This document shows, piece by piece, positions 11,791 through 22,253 of a stretch of 64,000 bases of DNA. Position 1 is the first letter of the stretch. Each line of letters starts with the position of its first letter. The stretch is from Pseudogymnoascus verrucosus (Eukaryota). The notes below the pieces were generated by a model, which was given only the letters and a program-made list of their open reading frames with translations, was not told the origin of the DNA and searched no databases. The stretch is from the NCBI GenBank assembly GCA_001662655.1, contig KV460207.1; one strand, 5' to 3'. Made by a program: the position numbers and the translations under genes.

Positions 11791-12081
11791 CGAGATGTTG
11801 GGTGACTGTTTCGTATTCTGTGTAATTTAGTGATTACTTTGCGTAGGTAATTTCTTCGCTTGTGAAATACATACATATACGTTAATATAATGACATCTAT
11901 CTCGTCTCTCGGGCCATGCCTCCAAAGCACACGTCGCATGGATTGCATCCGATATGCATCCGATATGCGGGGTAAACCGCACTAGAAGCGGGACGGAAAA
12001 TAGTTCCGGAACAAAGGTTACAGTTAGCACAGCTAGAAATGAACTCTTCGATTGCGCAATCTTCGCGGCTACGACCTCTTA

Positions 12082-14464
12082 ATGCAGCAAGCTTCTGCCT
12101 CTGAGCCTATAGTCCTAGATTCAATGAATTCAATGAACACCGCTAATACAGAGAGATTAAATGCAAGGCCATCAAAATCTCCCTTTGATGTGGCTCGGCC
12201 GAGGAAGCTAAGACGGGTTACAAGAGCATGCGATTTTTGCCACAGACGGAGCACCCGATGTAAACAGAGTCAAGACGATAGCCGATGTCAAAACTGTCTA
12301 GATTTTGATATTGCGTGTACCTTTGAGAGACCGGCGAGGAAGCGAGGAAGTAAGCGGCAAGGACAGGCGCAAGTGGACGAAGATGGGTCTCCATCCGGAG
12401 AACATGCAAATCTACTCCTACAGATGATGAACAGTCAGGTTCATGATGATGAAGCGTACTCCCACGACGAAAGGAATAAGAGAACTGCGGAGGCGTTGAT
12501 TACATTTCCATTAGCGACAGAGTACAGAGACATGGTGTTAGACAACCCTGATATAATTCAAGATCTCGTCAGTGTCTACTTCGAGGTGGTTTATCCAATG
12601 TAGGTCATGGCTTCATCTGTCTGTACTCTATTATGCTTTACCTTGAAACTATGAAGCTGAGGCCTAGAAAGTTAACTTTCTCAGATTTCCTTTCTTTCAT
12701 CGTCCAACTTTTCTCCAAAAGATTACCATGAGAAGGTACCTTTCTGATCGAGGACTGTTCGCTGTTGTTATGGCTATTTGTGCTCTTGCATCTGCTCGGG
12801 CTCGAGATGGAGCACTTCTTCCAGGTCAATGGGAGCCGTCCCATTTCCGCCATCCCTCTTCAGAGTCCTTCTACTCAGCTGCGCGAGATGTCACTCCGCA
12901 TCTCAATCTCAGTGCGATGGAAGGCATTAATTGGATGCGGATGTGTGCCCTGCTATCACTTCTCGGGATTCAAAATGGAAATATTAATGTTATGCATCAG
13001 TATCTTGGTCTTTATCATACTTTGGCAGCTATAGATGGCTTGCACGACGAGAAAAACTGGCCAAAAGATATTAGCATTATTGAGATTGAGGAGAGAAGAA
13101 GACTGGTAAATGACATCTTACTTTCCTGTTAAAAATTGCTAATGGTCCTATAAGTTTTGGTCAATGTACACATTAGAGGTCTATTCTTCCCTTGTCTGGG
13201 TTGGAATTACCCGCTGCCGACAATCGCAATGTCGGGTGTTTTATCCTAGTGAAGTGGATGACGAACGCTTTTCTGACGAGGATTTTTCAAACTTATTACC
13301 ACAAAGATCTCCGCATCAAGGAGTTGAAGTAAGGCCAGGGCCGGCCATTGACACCTCCTCTTGGCTTCATGGTTGGAACTTCACGACAGATCTTTACGTA
13401 GTCCTTGAACATGCCATGGACGGCTTTCATCGCCGCCGACCACGAACAATAGCACATTTCTCGCCCAATAATATGTTCAATAGGGTCGCGCCATCGCAAT
13501 CTACGGTTTTGGATAAAGTCATGTGGATGCACCAGCAATTACCAGACAGATTCAAGGAAATACAGTCTGTGACATCTGACACAGGAGAAGATAGGCTGAG
13601 CTTCCAGGCGGCGAATATCGCTGCAACACTGCAAGTAAGTCATCCACATCAACAAGAAATAGCATGATACTTACGTTTATAAAGCTCGTTAGAATGGTGT
13701 TGTTTACAGCAGAAGAAGCAACTGTAGACCAAAAGTGTGCCATTGCCCGCGAACTGCTTGATGGATTCGCCCAAGTGCCAGTGTTCTTCCTAAGAGCAAT
13801 TTCGTCACCATTAGTATGTTTGATTCTAAAACTTCAGGCGTATCGCTAACAGTTGTAAGCTTTATCATTTAGCAGGTATCGGCTCCATCTTGGGTTCCGT
13901 CATGGAAGGCCCACTTTCAAAATCTTCCTATTTGCAGGCTAGGACCGTATTGTAAGCATCTTCCATCTCAATCAAGGCTAAACATGGCTCATTGTATACC
14001 TCATTAGACTTTCGATGGCCGACCTCCTGGCCAGCCTCGAGATAGGCATGACGCGAACCTCTGGCGCAACGCAGCGTCTCCGGTCACAAGTAACCCGGAT
14101 CGACGAGTATATGGCAGCACAGCAGCAACAAAATTTCGCACAATCCCCATCAGCACTCCCGTCATGTGTTCCGAGCATGCCGCATTCAAATCTACGTGAA
14201 CATGTCGATATGTTTCAAGAGGAGCAACAACAATCTCGCAGAGGAGTTCAGCAAGTAGGATACGAATTTCCTTCAAATTCCCAAGGCACAGGACATTTGG
14301 GGAATAGGCAGGACTACGTGCAGATTCAAATGCCGACGGAGACATATAATTTCAAGGGCATGCCTAGTGGAATCGATGGTCTAGATGAGACTGGTCAGCA
14401 GTTACAGTTTCAACTGCCGCCAGGGTTATTGGATGATTGGCCGTGGCTTTTTGATATGGCGTAA
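12082..14464 (+). CDS. Zn(II)2Cys6 fungal transcription factor with a fungal-specific middle domain (about 6 exons)
   Basis: RACDFCHRRSTRCKQSQDDSRCQNCLDFDIACTF zinc cluster, followed by YFEVVYP|..FFHRPTF and EERRRL|FWSMYTLEVY. GT-AG introns start near 12600, 13106, 13634, 13813 and 13952. Acidic C-terminal tail LDDWPWLFDMA. Confidence 0.9.
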
Positions 14465-15039
14465 GGATGTAAGTATGTAAGAGTAGTGTAGGTCACCTGC
14501 GATCTATCATATAGAGTTTGTTTATTTACGCATGGAGCAGGTATGAAAGGGGGCTTAGGTATTGACCGTGATGGTATAATCTATCATATATTGTTCTATT
14601 AGTTTTGATAGCCTTGCCATAACCGCCTTGCACAGCAGACACGCGCGTTACCGGGATTTTTCTTCTGCTCTCAGTCTGTTATTGTTATTCCTTATCACGG
14701 ATGAACCCGCTGACCCTGATAATCCTCAACACTATGATTCTCTAGCTGTTCTACCAGACAGGAAAGTGAAGAATCGACATTTTCCGAAGTCAGGACGTAC
14801 TTTTGGCAAAGCTTGATTATCGATTAGGCGGAGCTACAGAGATATGGAGAATCTGGAGAGCCTAGGTATTAGACAATTTCACGTTGAATTAATATCAAAG
14901 AGTTGCAGCAAGTGCTCCTTCATCGTAACACACGGTACATCTTCAGCGTGTATGCTCTTCTAAGACCTACTATCTTGCTGCTGGAAGGCTGCATTACAGC
15001 CCCACCAGTCAAGCAAGTTTTGAATATTTCTTCTCGTGT

Positions 15040-15370
15040 TCAGCTTGTTTGAACACGAATATCCTCTAGACAGACCAATAGTGCCCTTCTCTCAGCCCAG
15101 TCCACCAAAGCGTATCCTGCCATGTTCAGTAGCTGGACCGCCGTTGCCCAACTGATGGCATGGCGATTGTCGATGCTATTTGCAACAACTCGAGTTGCGT
15201 AAATCCGTGCAATTTCCCCTTGCCCGTTCGAACCTGCTAGCTCTTTCTTGGCAGCTGCTCTCTGGCAGAGAGAGGATGAGAAGGAAATGAGCGAGATTGA
15301 ACATTTGCATCGCTGCGCGGACAGTTTCATTGATGTAGAGACTGATAAGAAAAGGGTTCCCGTCATTCTC
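15040..15370 (-). pseudogene. Fragment resembling the C-terminal part of a fungal transcription-factor domain
   Basis: ARIYATRVVANS...WATAVQLLNMAGYALVDWAERRALLVCLEDIRVQT, with no recognisable 5' part. The similarity is from memory only. Confidence 0.35.
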
Positions 15371-15496
15371 TAGGCTTGCATAGGTAACTAAAGGCTGACA
15401 CTCTAATGGTTGATGTTGTTCGTCCGCTTACAGATCTTGCCAGCCTGTAAATCTTTCTTGAGAGAATGTAATCTCTTTGCGGACTTAAAGGAAGGA

Positions 15497-15972
15497 CTAT
15501 ATGTTAATTAGAGCTGCAATAAGAGAGGGTACAATGCATACACTAGCAGCATTACTAACGACATTCTTGTCTATCTTAGACTTTATAATGTGGTTTTAAT
15601 AACCTGAAAATCTGAACTAGATATTGACCACACTGTCAACTGTTAGAAGTTCGCTAATTTGACCATGTTGTGATGAAGCATAGTATTTAACAAAGTCTTA
15701 GTATAGGTTGCTATCATGCTATAGCAGCGCCTTCTCTAGACACTTCACAGCAAGAAACCTAATATCTCCATTAGTAGCCTGTACACAGTGTTAAGTCTCA
15801 CGTACCCTTAAAATATAATTGCTACTTCCACGTGCTTGTTTTTAGTAGCGTTAGTGAGAGTGTGCTGTTCAATATAGGTTTTCACGTTCTGTTAATTAGG
15901 TGTGAGCTCTGCAGAAAATATCCTTGCTTCTTTGCCATATTAATATGATCCTGTATATAGAGTACCTTCCAT
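15497..15972 (-). pseudogene. Truncated, RIP-mutated Starship captain (DUF3435 tyrosine recombinase)-like N-terminal remnant
   Basis: TATAAA near 16065 and ATG at 15972. Exons 15972-15806 and 15758-15542 are joined by a GT-AG intron (15805-15759), and a second donor GTATGC lies at 15541. The translation ...Y*DFVKYYASSQHGQISELLTVDSVVNI*FRFSGY*NHIIKSKID... fits the captain pattern F..Y.....G.I...PT..SV...W..F once TAG/TAA are read as mutated TGG. Confidence 0.6.
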
Positions 15973-16310
15973 CCTATTATAGCAGGAAGTAGGTCCTTGA
16001 AAAGGAGATGAGAATGTTGTAGATAGCAGACTGCGAAAAGTGAAGGTGGTGGGGGGTCTGCCTTTATACTACTTTCAAGCCTCACCCACGCTCACCTAGC
16101 CATGGCCATCTAAAGTCGCGGTGCATCGCGTTCATCGCGTCCATCGCTTCTCAATACGAGATCCACACCTTGCGTTGTTGATGTGGTCGCCGTCACGTAG
16201 CTGAGGGAGATAACCGGATTATCGTAAAAGCATCAAAAACTTGAGGCGGCGACGCTCAGATTTGACACTATGCCTATTGGCACGATTGAGAGTAAAAAGC
16301 AAGTAGATTA

Positions 16311-16371
16311 CAAGCTTGTGTATGGCAGAGCGGACGGGATGCCCAATTCTCTTGAGTCTATGGTCGTATGT
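16311..16371 (-). rRNA. 5S rRNA gene, 5' half (interrupted)
   Basis: Minus strand reads ACATACGACCATAGACTCAAGAGAATTGGGCATCCCGTCCGCTCTGCCATACACAAGCTTG. Joined to 7297-7240 it gives a 119-nt 5S with helix I and helix II pairing. Confidence 0.93.
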
Positions 16372-17072
16372 GATAACTTCTCTCTTGCTAGGGTATAAGT
16401 ACTGTTAGGCGCTGAGGTGTATGACGATTTCGACAGAGGCCCCCGGCCGAAGGTTTGGATGTTGTATCCCAGAGCACCGTGGAGGAATCGGCAATACCAG
16501 AATTGACAGATGATGAGTTGATTCGATTTCATAAGGCTAGTCTTGGGAAATACTATCTAGCTGAGCCAGGAAAATTCGAAGCTGAATGGGAGCTCGCGAT
16601 TTCAGCGTGCAAGGGGAGAAGCCCCGTGTCACCGATTTTATTTCTCACCACCGCTCTCCTATCTCGTCGCCGCTCCATTTCTCGTTACCCGCTGCTTTTC
16701 TCACCCTCTACTCCCTTTTCTCACCACCCACCCCATTTCTCACCGTCAACCCCACTGTCTCGCTTCCACCCCCCCCATTTCTTGCTACCCCCTTCTCCGT
16801 TGTAGTCATTGTCATTGACTTCCCGGAAGAAGTCAATGACAATGACTGGTCGTGGAGTCCTATAGCAGCACTGAAACAATTCTCATCGTTGCCGTTGGAA
16901 AGCATCACTGCCCCAGGTATGAAGATATAGATCTCGAGCCATCATCGCCTGCCACCTTCAATCACAATCACAAGCACGGCATGTCACATAGCAAATCAAA
17001 AAATTGAACGTAAACTTCTAATTCATTCAACTAACAACATAAATCTAGTTCCTCATCTCCACACACACCTCT

Positions 17073-18643
17073 CTACAAACGGCTCTCCTTCTGCGGCGCG
17101 GCGTTCTTCTCCGTCGCCGTCTTAATCGCCTCACCCAGCGCCTTATCCACACGTGAAAACATCTCGTAAGTGCGCTGTCTCGTATCCTCCCTCGCCGCCG
17201 ACAAATGCCCCGAGACATTCCCAATAAAGTTAGCCTGCTGCCCCTCAGTGCGTCCAAGGACATCCCACAAGCCCTTAGCCTGCACGTAGTCCTCAGCCAC
17301 AACCTCATTCAGGTGCATGACCGCTTGGGCGGACCACTTCTGGTGGGGGTCGTTGGTGATGGGGGAGTGTTGCTTGTATGTCAGAGTGCGGTAAGAGGAG
17401 GGGTAGTTGGGGTTAGCGCCGTAGTTCCCGTTGACCGCCATCGCGCCATCGCGCTGGAAGGGGTTGAACGCGTGGAGGGGCGCGTTGACGGGGATCTGCT
17501 GGTAGTTGACACCCAGGCGATGGCGGTGGGTATCTGGGTAGGAGAAGAGGCGAGATTGGAGGACAGGGTCGGCGGAGGGCTCGACGCCAGGGACGAGGTG
17601 GGAGGGGGAGAAAGCGACCTGTTCGATTTCGGCGAAGTAGTTCTCGGGGTTCTTGTTGAGGGTGAACTTGCCGAAGGGGCGGAGGGGGACGTCCTTCTGG
17701 GGCCAGACTTTGGTGAGGTCGAAGACGTTCCAGCGGAACTTCTCGGCTTGCTCGGGCGAGAGGACTTGCACGTAGACAGTCCAGCTGGGGTAGTCGCCCT
17801 TCTCGATCGACTCGAAGAGGTCTTGGGTGTGCCAGTCTGGGTTCTCGCTGGCGAGCTTGCCGGCTTCCGCATTGTTGAAGGTCTTGCTGCCTTGGTCGGT
17901 CTTGAGGTGGACTTGCACGTAGTTGAAGGTCCCGTCGGGCTTGTGCCACTTGTGGGTGTGGCCCGAGTAGCCGTTCATGTGGCGGTACGAGTATGGGGTT
18001 CCGCGGTCAGAGAAGAGGTGCATGACCTGGTGGATGGCCTCTTGGTGGGTGGAGAGGTAGTCCCAGAACATGGTGGCGTCCTTCAGGTTGGTTTGGGGGT
18101 TGCGCTTCTGGGTGTGGATGAAGAGAGGGAACTTTCCGGGGTCGCGCAAGAAGAAGATGGGTGTGTTGTTGTAGACCCAGTCCCAATTGCCCTCCTCGGT
18201 GTAGAACTTGATGGAGAAGCCGCGGGGATCGCGAGCAGAATCTGCGGAGCCCTTCTCACCACCGACGGTCGAGAAACGGGTCACGGCCTTGGTCTTCTTG
18301 CCAACAGTCTTCAACATGTCGACGACGGTGATATCAGAGACTGGGAAGTATTAGCTATTTGCCATTCTCATTTAAAGCCTAGAAGCAACTTACTATCATG
18401 TGTAACCTCGAACTCGCCATAGGCACCGGCACCCTTGGCGTGGACAACGCGCTCTGGGATACGCTCGCGGTCGAAGTGAGCGAGCTGGTCGATTAAGTGG
18501 AAGTCCTGGAGAAGGAGCGGGCCATTCGGACCTCCTGCTCTTTGGTAGGCCTCGGCATGGTGAACTGGAGCACCGCTGGATGTGGTATAGGTGGGTTGTT
18601 GGTTGTACTTGAAGGTGGAGGCGGGCGACTCGTCAGAACCCAT
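17073..18643 (-). CDS. Small-subunit monofunctional heme catalase, probably peroxisomal
   Basis: [38 protein letters not shown] and [14 protein letters not shown]. Intron at 18341-18393. C-terminal SRL is a PTS1-type signal. Confidence 0.96.
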
Positions 18644-19779
18644 GGTTGCTCTGGTTTGTTGCTGTGAAGCGGATATATGAGAGTAGGTTATAACTTCTTA
18701 TACTTGTATGAAGTCCAATGAATGAAAGACTTATTCAGATATGAGAGAAGAGACGAATAAACGGTGAAAGAGATGATTATTCTAGGTCAAACAGAGATGA
18801 ACGAGGGGAAAAAGAGGAAGAGAACGGTGAACGACGCAACTGTCTATATATATGGGAAGTATGGCGGAACCCGACTGGTACGTAATTGAGGTACCCTCGT
18901 TCTAGTATGGGGGGGGAGGGAGACCTGGGTCTCAGGGCGGGGTACCTCAGTGTTCAACCAATCAGAGCCGTCAATTTGCAAGCAACCGTCCGTAACCCTC
19001 TCGGACTTTGGCCAATGTAACCAAGAATTAATGACCTAAGGCCACAAGGCCACCACTCCTCCCCCGTTCAAACACACCTCTTACAGCTGTAAGAGTATCA
19101 TGATTGGTTGGTTTATTAACTTCCTCGGTCCTTGGCTGTTATAGTATCACAGCTGCATCCAGTAACCAGACCTGTCTCATAGTGCGAGTCGTGCTCACTC
19201 AACAGAATATTCCCGTGCAGTAGTACTATATTATATCCCTTGTGCCGAAGTTATACCAGCTATACCAGCTACCAGTAACTAAATTAATAGGAGTACGTAA
19301 CTTGGGGTAGTATTAGTATCCCTATACCGGTATGAGGAATGGACTCTTACTCTGTCTTCCTTCATTCTAACTCGGACACTTTCAGTCGGTCCTGTTCTAG
19401 CCTCTACTTCTTACCAAAGCAAGTTATATTACCTGTTGAGGAAAGAGACCCCGCACTCACCTTATTCCCGCCGCCCGGATGACGCCAGTCTCCGCCTTTA
19501 TCAAGCAATCCAGCGCCCGTGCACGAACGGGGTCCCGCCTACCTATCGTGGGAGTACTCCTATCGTGGTATGTAGTTCCGAGTCTAGGTTATACCACAAC
19601 ACTAAAAATGTGAGTGGGCTTCGGACCGGTGCTCTAGAACGCATGAGAGCTTTATAATCGTTGTGCGTTTGATGTATAATGTGATATGTAACAAATAGAA
19701 GAAGCTGTGGCGAGAATTACGCTGCGCTGAGGAATCCGGGCTTTGTTCCTCTGTACTAGTATGAGGGTTCTTAAAAGAA

Positions 19780-20730
19780 AATTGCGCATACGTCGGGTTT
19801 TATAGCCCGTTTTGCGCAATATACGATGTTTTTCGTGTTGAAGTCTAACCAACAGTCCCTGAGCCGGAACCAACCTAAGGATGGATATATGGGCTCTGTC
19901 TGTCCTCTATGCTAGCTAGTACGGACATGGTTTTGCGCAGTAATATAGTAATATGGGGCTATCAACGAATATATACATACATACATAGATATTGAATCCG
20001 TTCTGAATAAATTCGTTATACTTTCTTCGTGTTGAAGTCTAACCAACAGTCCCTGCCATAATCGATAACCAAGCTGCAATAAGGAATGGATATATATAGG
20101 CTCTGTCCCTCCATACTAGTATGAGGAAAAACGGGATTTTTTAAAAATTACGCAATTTTAAAGTTTTGTAGCTTGTTTTGCGCAAAACAAAAGAAAATGA
20201 GGCTATATTCACAAATACATCCATCATCCATCACTAATACAGTTTCAAAACGTCCAACCTTCGTTCTAAATTATAGAATTTGGCGCAGATTCGGGATTTT
20301 CTAACTCATTTTGCGCAAAACCTACAATAAAGATTTTAACCTTCGTTCTAGCTTGAAGAGGATTTGGCGCAGAATCCAAGTTTTATAGCTCGTTTTGCAC
20401 AATTCTACGATGTTGATCGTGTGCAGTTTTTGCGCAGCTTCCAGTTTTTATACCCCATTCTGCGCAGGATGCCAACAGTCACGGTTGACAGTAACGCTCG
20501 GTGGTAGTAACGTCCGCTGGCAGTAAAGCTAGTTCAATTTTGGCGCAGCTTCCGGTTTTTATAATCCATCTTGCGCATATTGCTAACAGTAACGCTGGCG
20601 GGCAGTGACGCTGGCAGAAACGCTTACTCGGCATTAGCGCAGACTCCGTATTTATAGTCCATCATTCTATGGATATTGCTAGTGCTACTAGTAACGCCAG
20701 CATTGGGCGCAGATTCTCACTTTTATAGGC
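19780..20730. repeat. Dispersed array of ~40-bp degenerate units (tttGGCGCAg..ttttatag...ttTTGCGCA), plus a duplicated segment
   Basis: Units near 19781, 20148, 20279, 20362, 20427, 20538, 20633 and 20702. The segment tcgtgttgaagtctaaccaacagtccctg occurs at both ~19833 and ~20027. Confidence 0.75.
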
Positions 20731-20842
20731 TACACCATCATACATAGTCTCACAAGATCAGTAGCTGCATCATTGGCTAACAAACGGTTTCATGCAGATC
20801 CAGCAGCGTCCGGACAGTAGTATACATCTCTCCAGCACCCCT

Positions 20843-21808
20843 CTACTGGTCCACCCACTGCGCCTTCGCCTTCTCCGCAAACGCCTTCATCCCGATCTTC
20901 TGATCCTCGCTACCAAACAAGCTGTGGAATACACGCCTCTCATAATCAATACCATCCCTCAGCGTCAGATCCTGGCTCTTGTTCACCACCTCCTTAGCCG
21001 CCTGCACAGCCACCTTACTGTACCCAGCAATAGTCTCGGCCGTGTCCAGCGCCGCCGTGACGAGCGCCTCGTAGTCCTTGAAGCTCCTAGCTGCCACGCC
21101 CCACTTCTCCGCCTCCACCCCGCTGAAGCTCTTTCCCGTGAGGATCAGCTCCATAGCCCTCGCCTTGCCCACCGCAGCCGTGAGACGCTGGCTACCACCG
21201 GCCCCGGGAATGGTGCCGAGCTTGATCTCAGGCTGTCCAAAGTTGGCAGTCTCAGTGCAGTAGAGGATATCACCCATGAGAGCGAGCTCGCAGCCGCCGC
21301 CGAGGGCGTGGCCGGAGACGGCGGTGATGAGGGGCTTGGAGAGGAAGGTGGTCAGGTCGGACCAGGACTCGATGAACTTCTCAGTGTAGGCCTTGGAGAA
21401 GGTGAGGGGGGCCATCTCCTTGATGTCTGCGCCGGCGGCGAAGGCGCGCTCGGAGCCGGTGAGGACGATGGCGCGGATGGAGGGGGAGGCTTGGAACTCG
21501 CGGAGGGCGTGGTTGAGTTCGGTTATGAGGGGGGTGGAGAGGGCGTTGAGAGCTTTGGGGCGGTTGAGGGTGACTAGGTCGGGGCGTTAGTTATATTTGC
21601 GTTTTCAGGTAGCTAATGTCTGGGGGATGGAGTTCATCTGATTGAATTGAAAAAACTTACTTTGTGCAACGCCCGCGCGCGGCTCGGATGTGAGGATAAG
21701 CTCATACTGCTGCTTTGCTGATGCTGAGAAAGGACGTGTTACTCTTGGCAGTGACGACGGTCTGAATTGGGAGACTCTGGGCCTCATACATTTGACAGTA
21801 TTCATCAT
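20843..21808 (-). CDS. Mitochondrial short-chain enoyl-CoA hydratase (crotonase family)
   Basis: LNRPKALNALS, AFAAGADIKEM, ALGGGCELAL and FGQPEIKLGTIPGAGGSQRL. Presequence-like N-terminus and intron at 21574-21660. Confidence 0.93.
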
Positions 21809-22253
21809 GATAGCAACTTTATATCTGACAACCTGGCAAAAATAATGTATAGTCGAGAAAAAAGCACTCCGGTAGAGAAAGTTGGAGTTTTGGAAGCTGT
21901 CTTAGCTTGGGTTCAGTCTTCCCCACCCGAGGATAGACGGGCCCCCGCGTCATCAGTACCCTTGTCAGCCGTCTTGAGCCGAAAACACGTGCTAATAGCC
22001 AGAAGCGCCAAAAAGCTACAGCCTGGCCAAGCCACGTGACTGGGAATTATGCCAAGAATAGCACAGCAAGTTCGCCATACGCCGCGTTGTCCTGTCCGGA
22101 TGTGGACGAGGGCAAGTGAATAATTTTGATCGAGTCTCTTCTTTGCGCCAACCACATTCTCTTGACGACCACGACGATTGAGCGCCCCGCGATACCTGCA
22201 GACTTTTGGGACTTTTTAATAAACGATTGTTAGCCAGAACACGATACGAGAAG

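Larger units (their letters stand above)
7303..16310 (-). mobile_element. ~9.0-kb Starship-like element (derelict, non-autonomous) inserted in 5S rDNA
   Basis: It splits one 5S gene. Direct repeat CAAGC at 7298-7302 and 16311-16315. Terminal inverted repeats ATCCACTTGCTTTTTACT (7303-7320) and AGTAAAAAGCAAGTAGAT (16291-16308) match at 17/18, with a 2-nt offset at the right end. A captain-like pseudogene lies at the right end with cargo genes inside. Confidence 0.85.

Noticed and set aside
7240..16371. Two unrelated 5S pseudogene fragments
   Set aside because: The halves are exactly complementary in extent (119 nt), share a 5-bp direct repeat, restore helix pairing across the junction, and adjoin matching inverted repeats.
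16804..16847. Helitron 3' terminal hairpin
   Set aside because: The stem is AT-rich, there is no properly placed CTRR end, and no Rep/helicase sequence is nearby.
17205..18422. 405-aa ORF antisense to the catalase
   Set aside because: It is a shadow ORF caused by high third-position GC in the catalase gene and has no domain features.
19780..20730. CRISPR-like array
   Set aside because: The context is eukaryotic, the units are highly degenerate, the spacing is irregular, and there are no cas genes.
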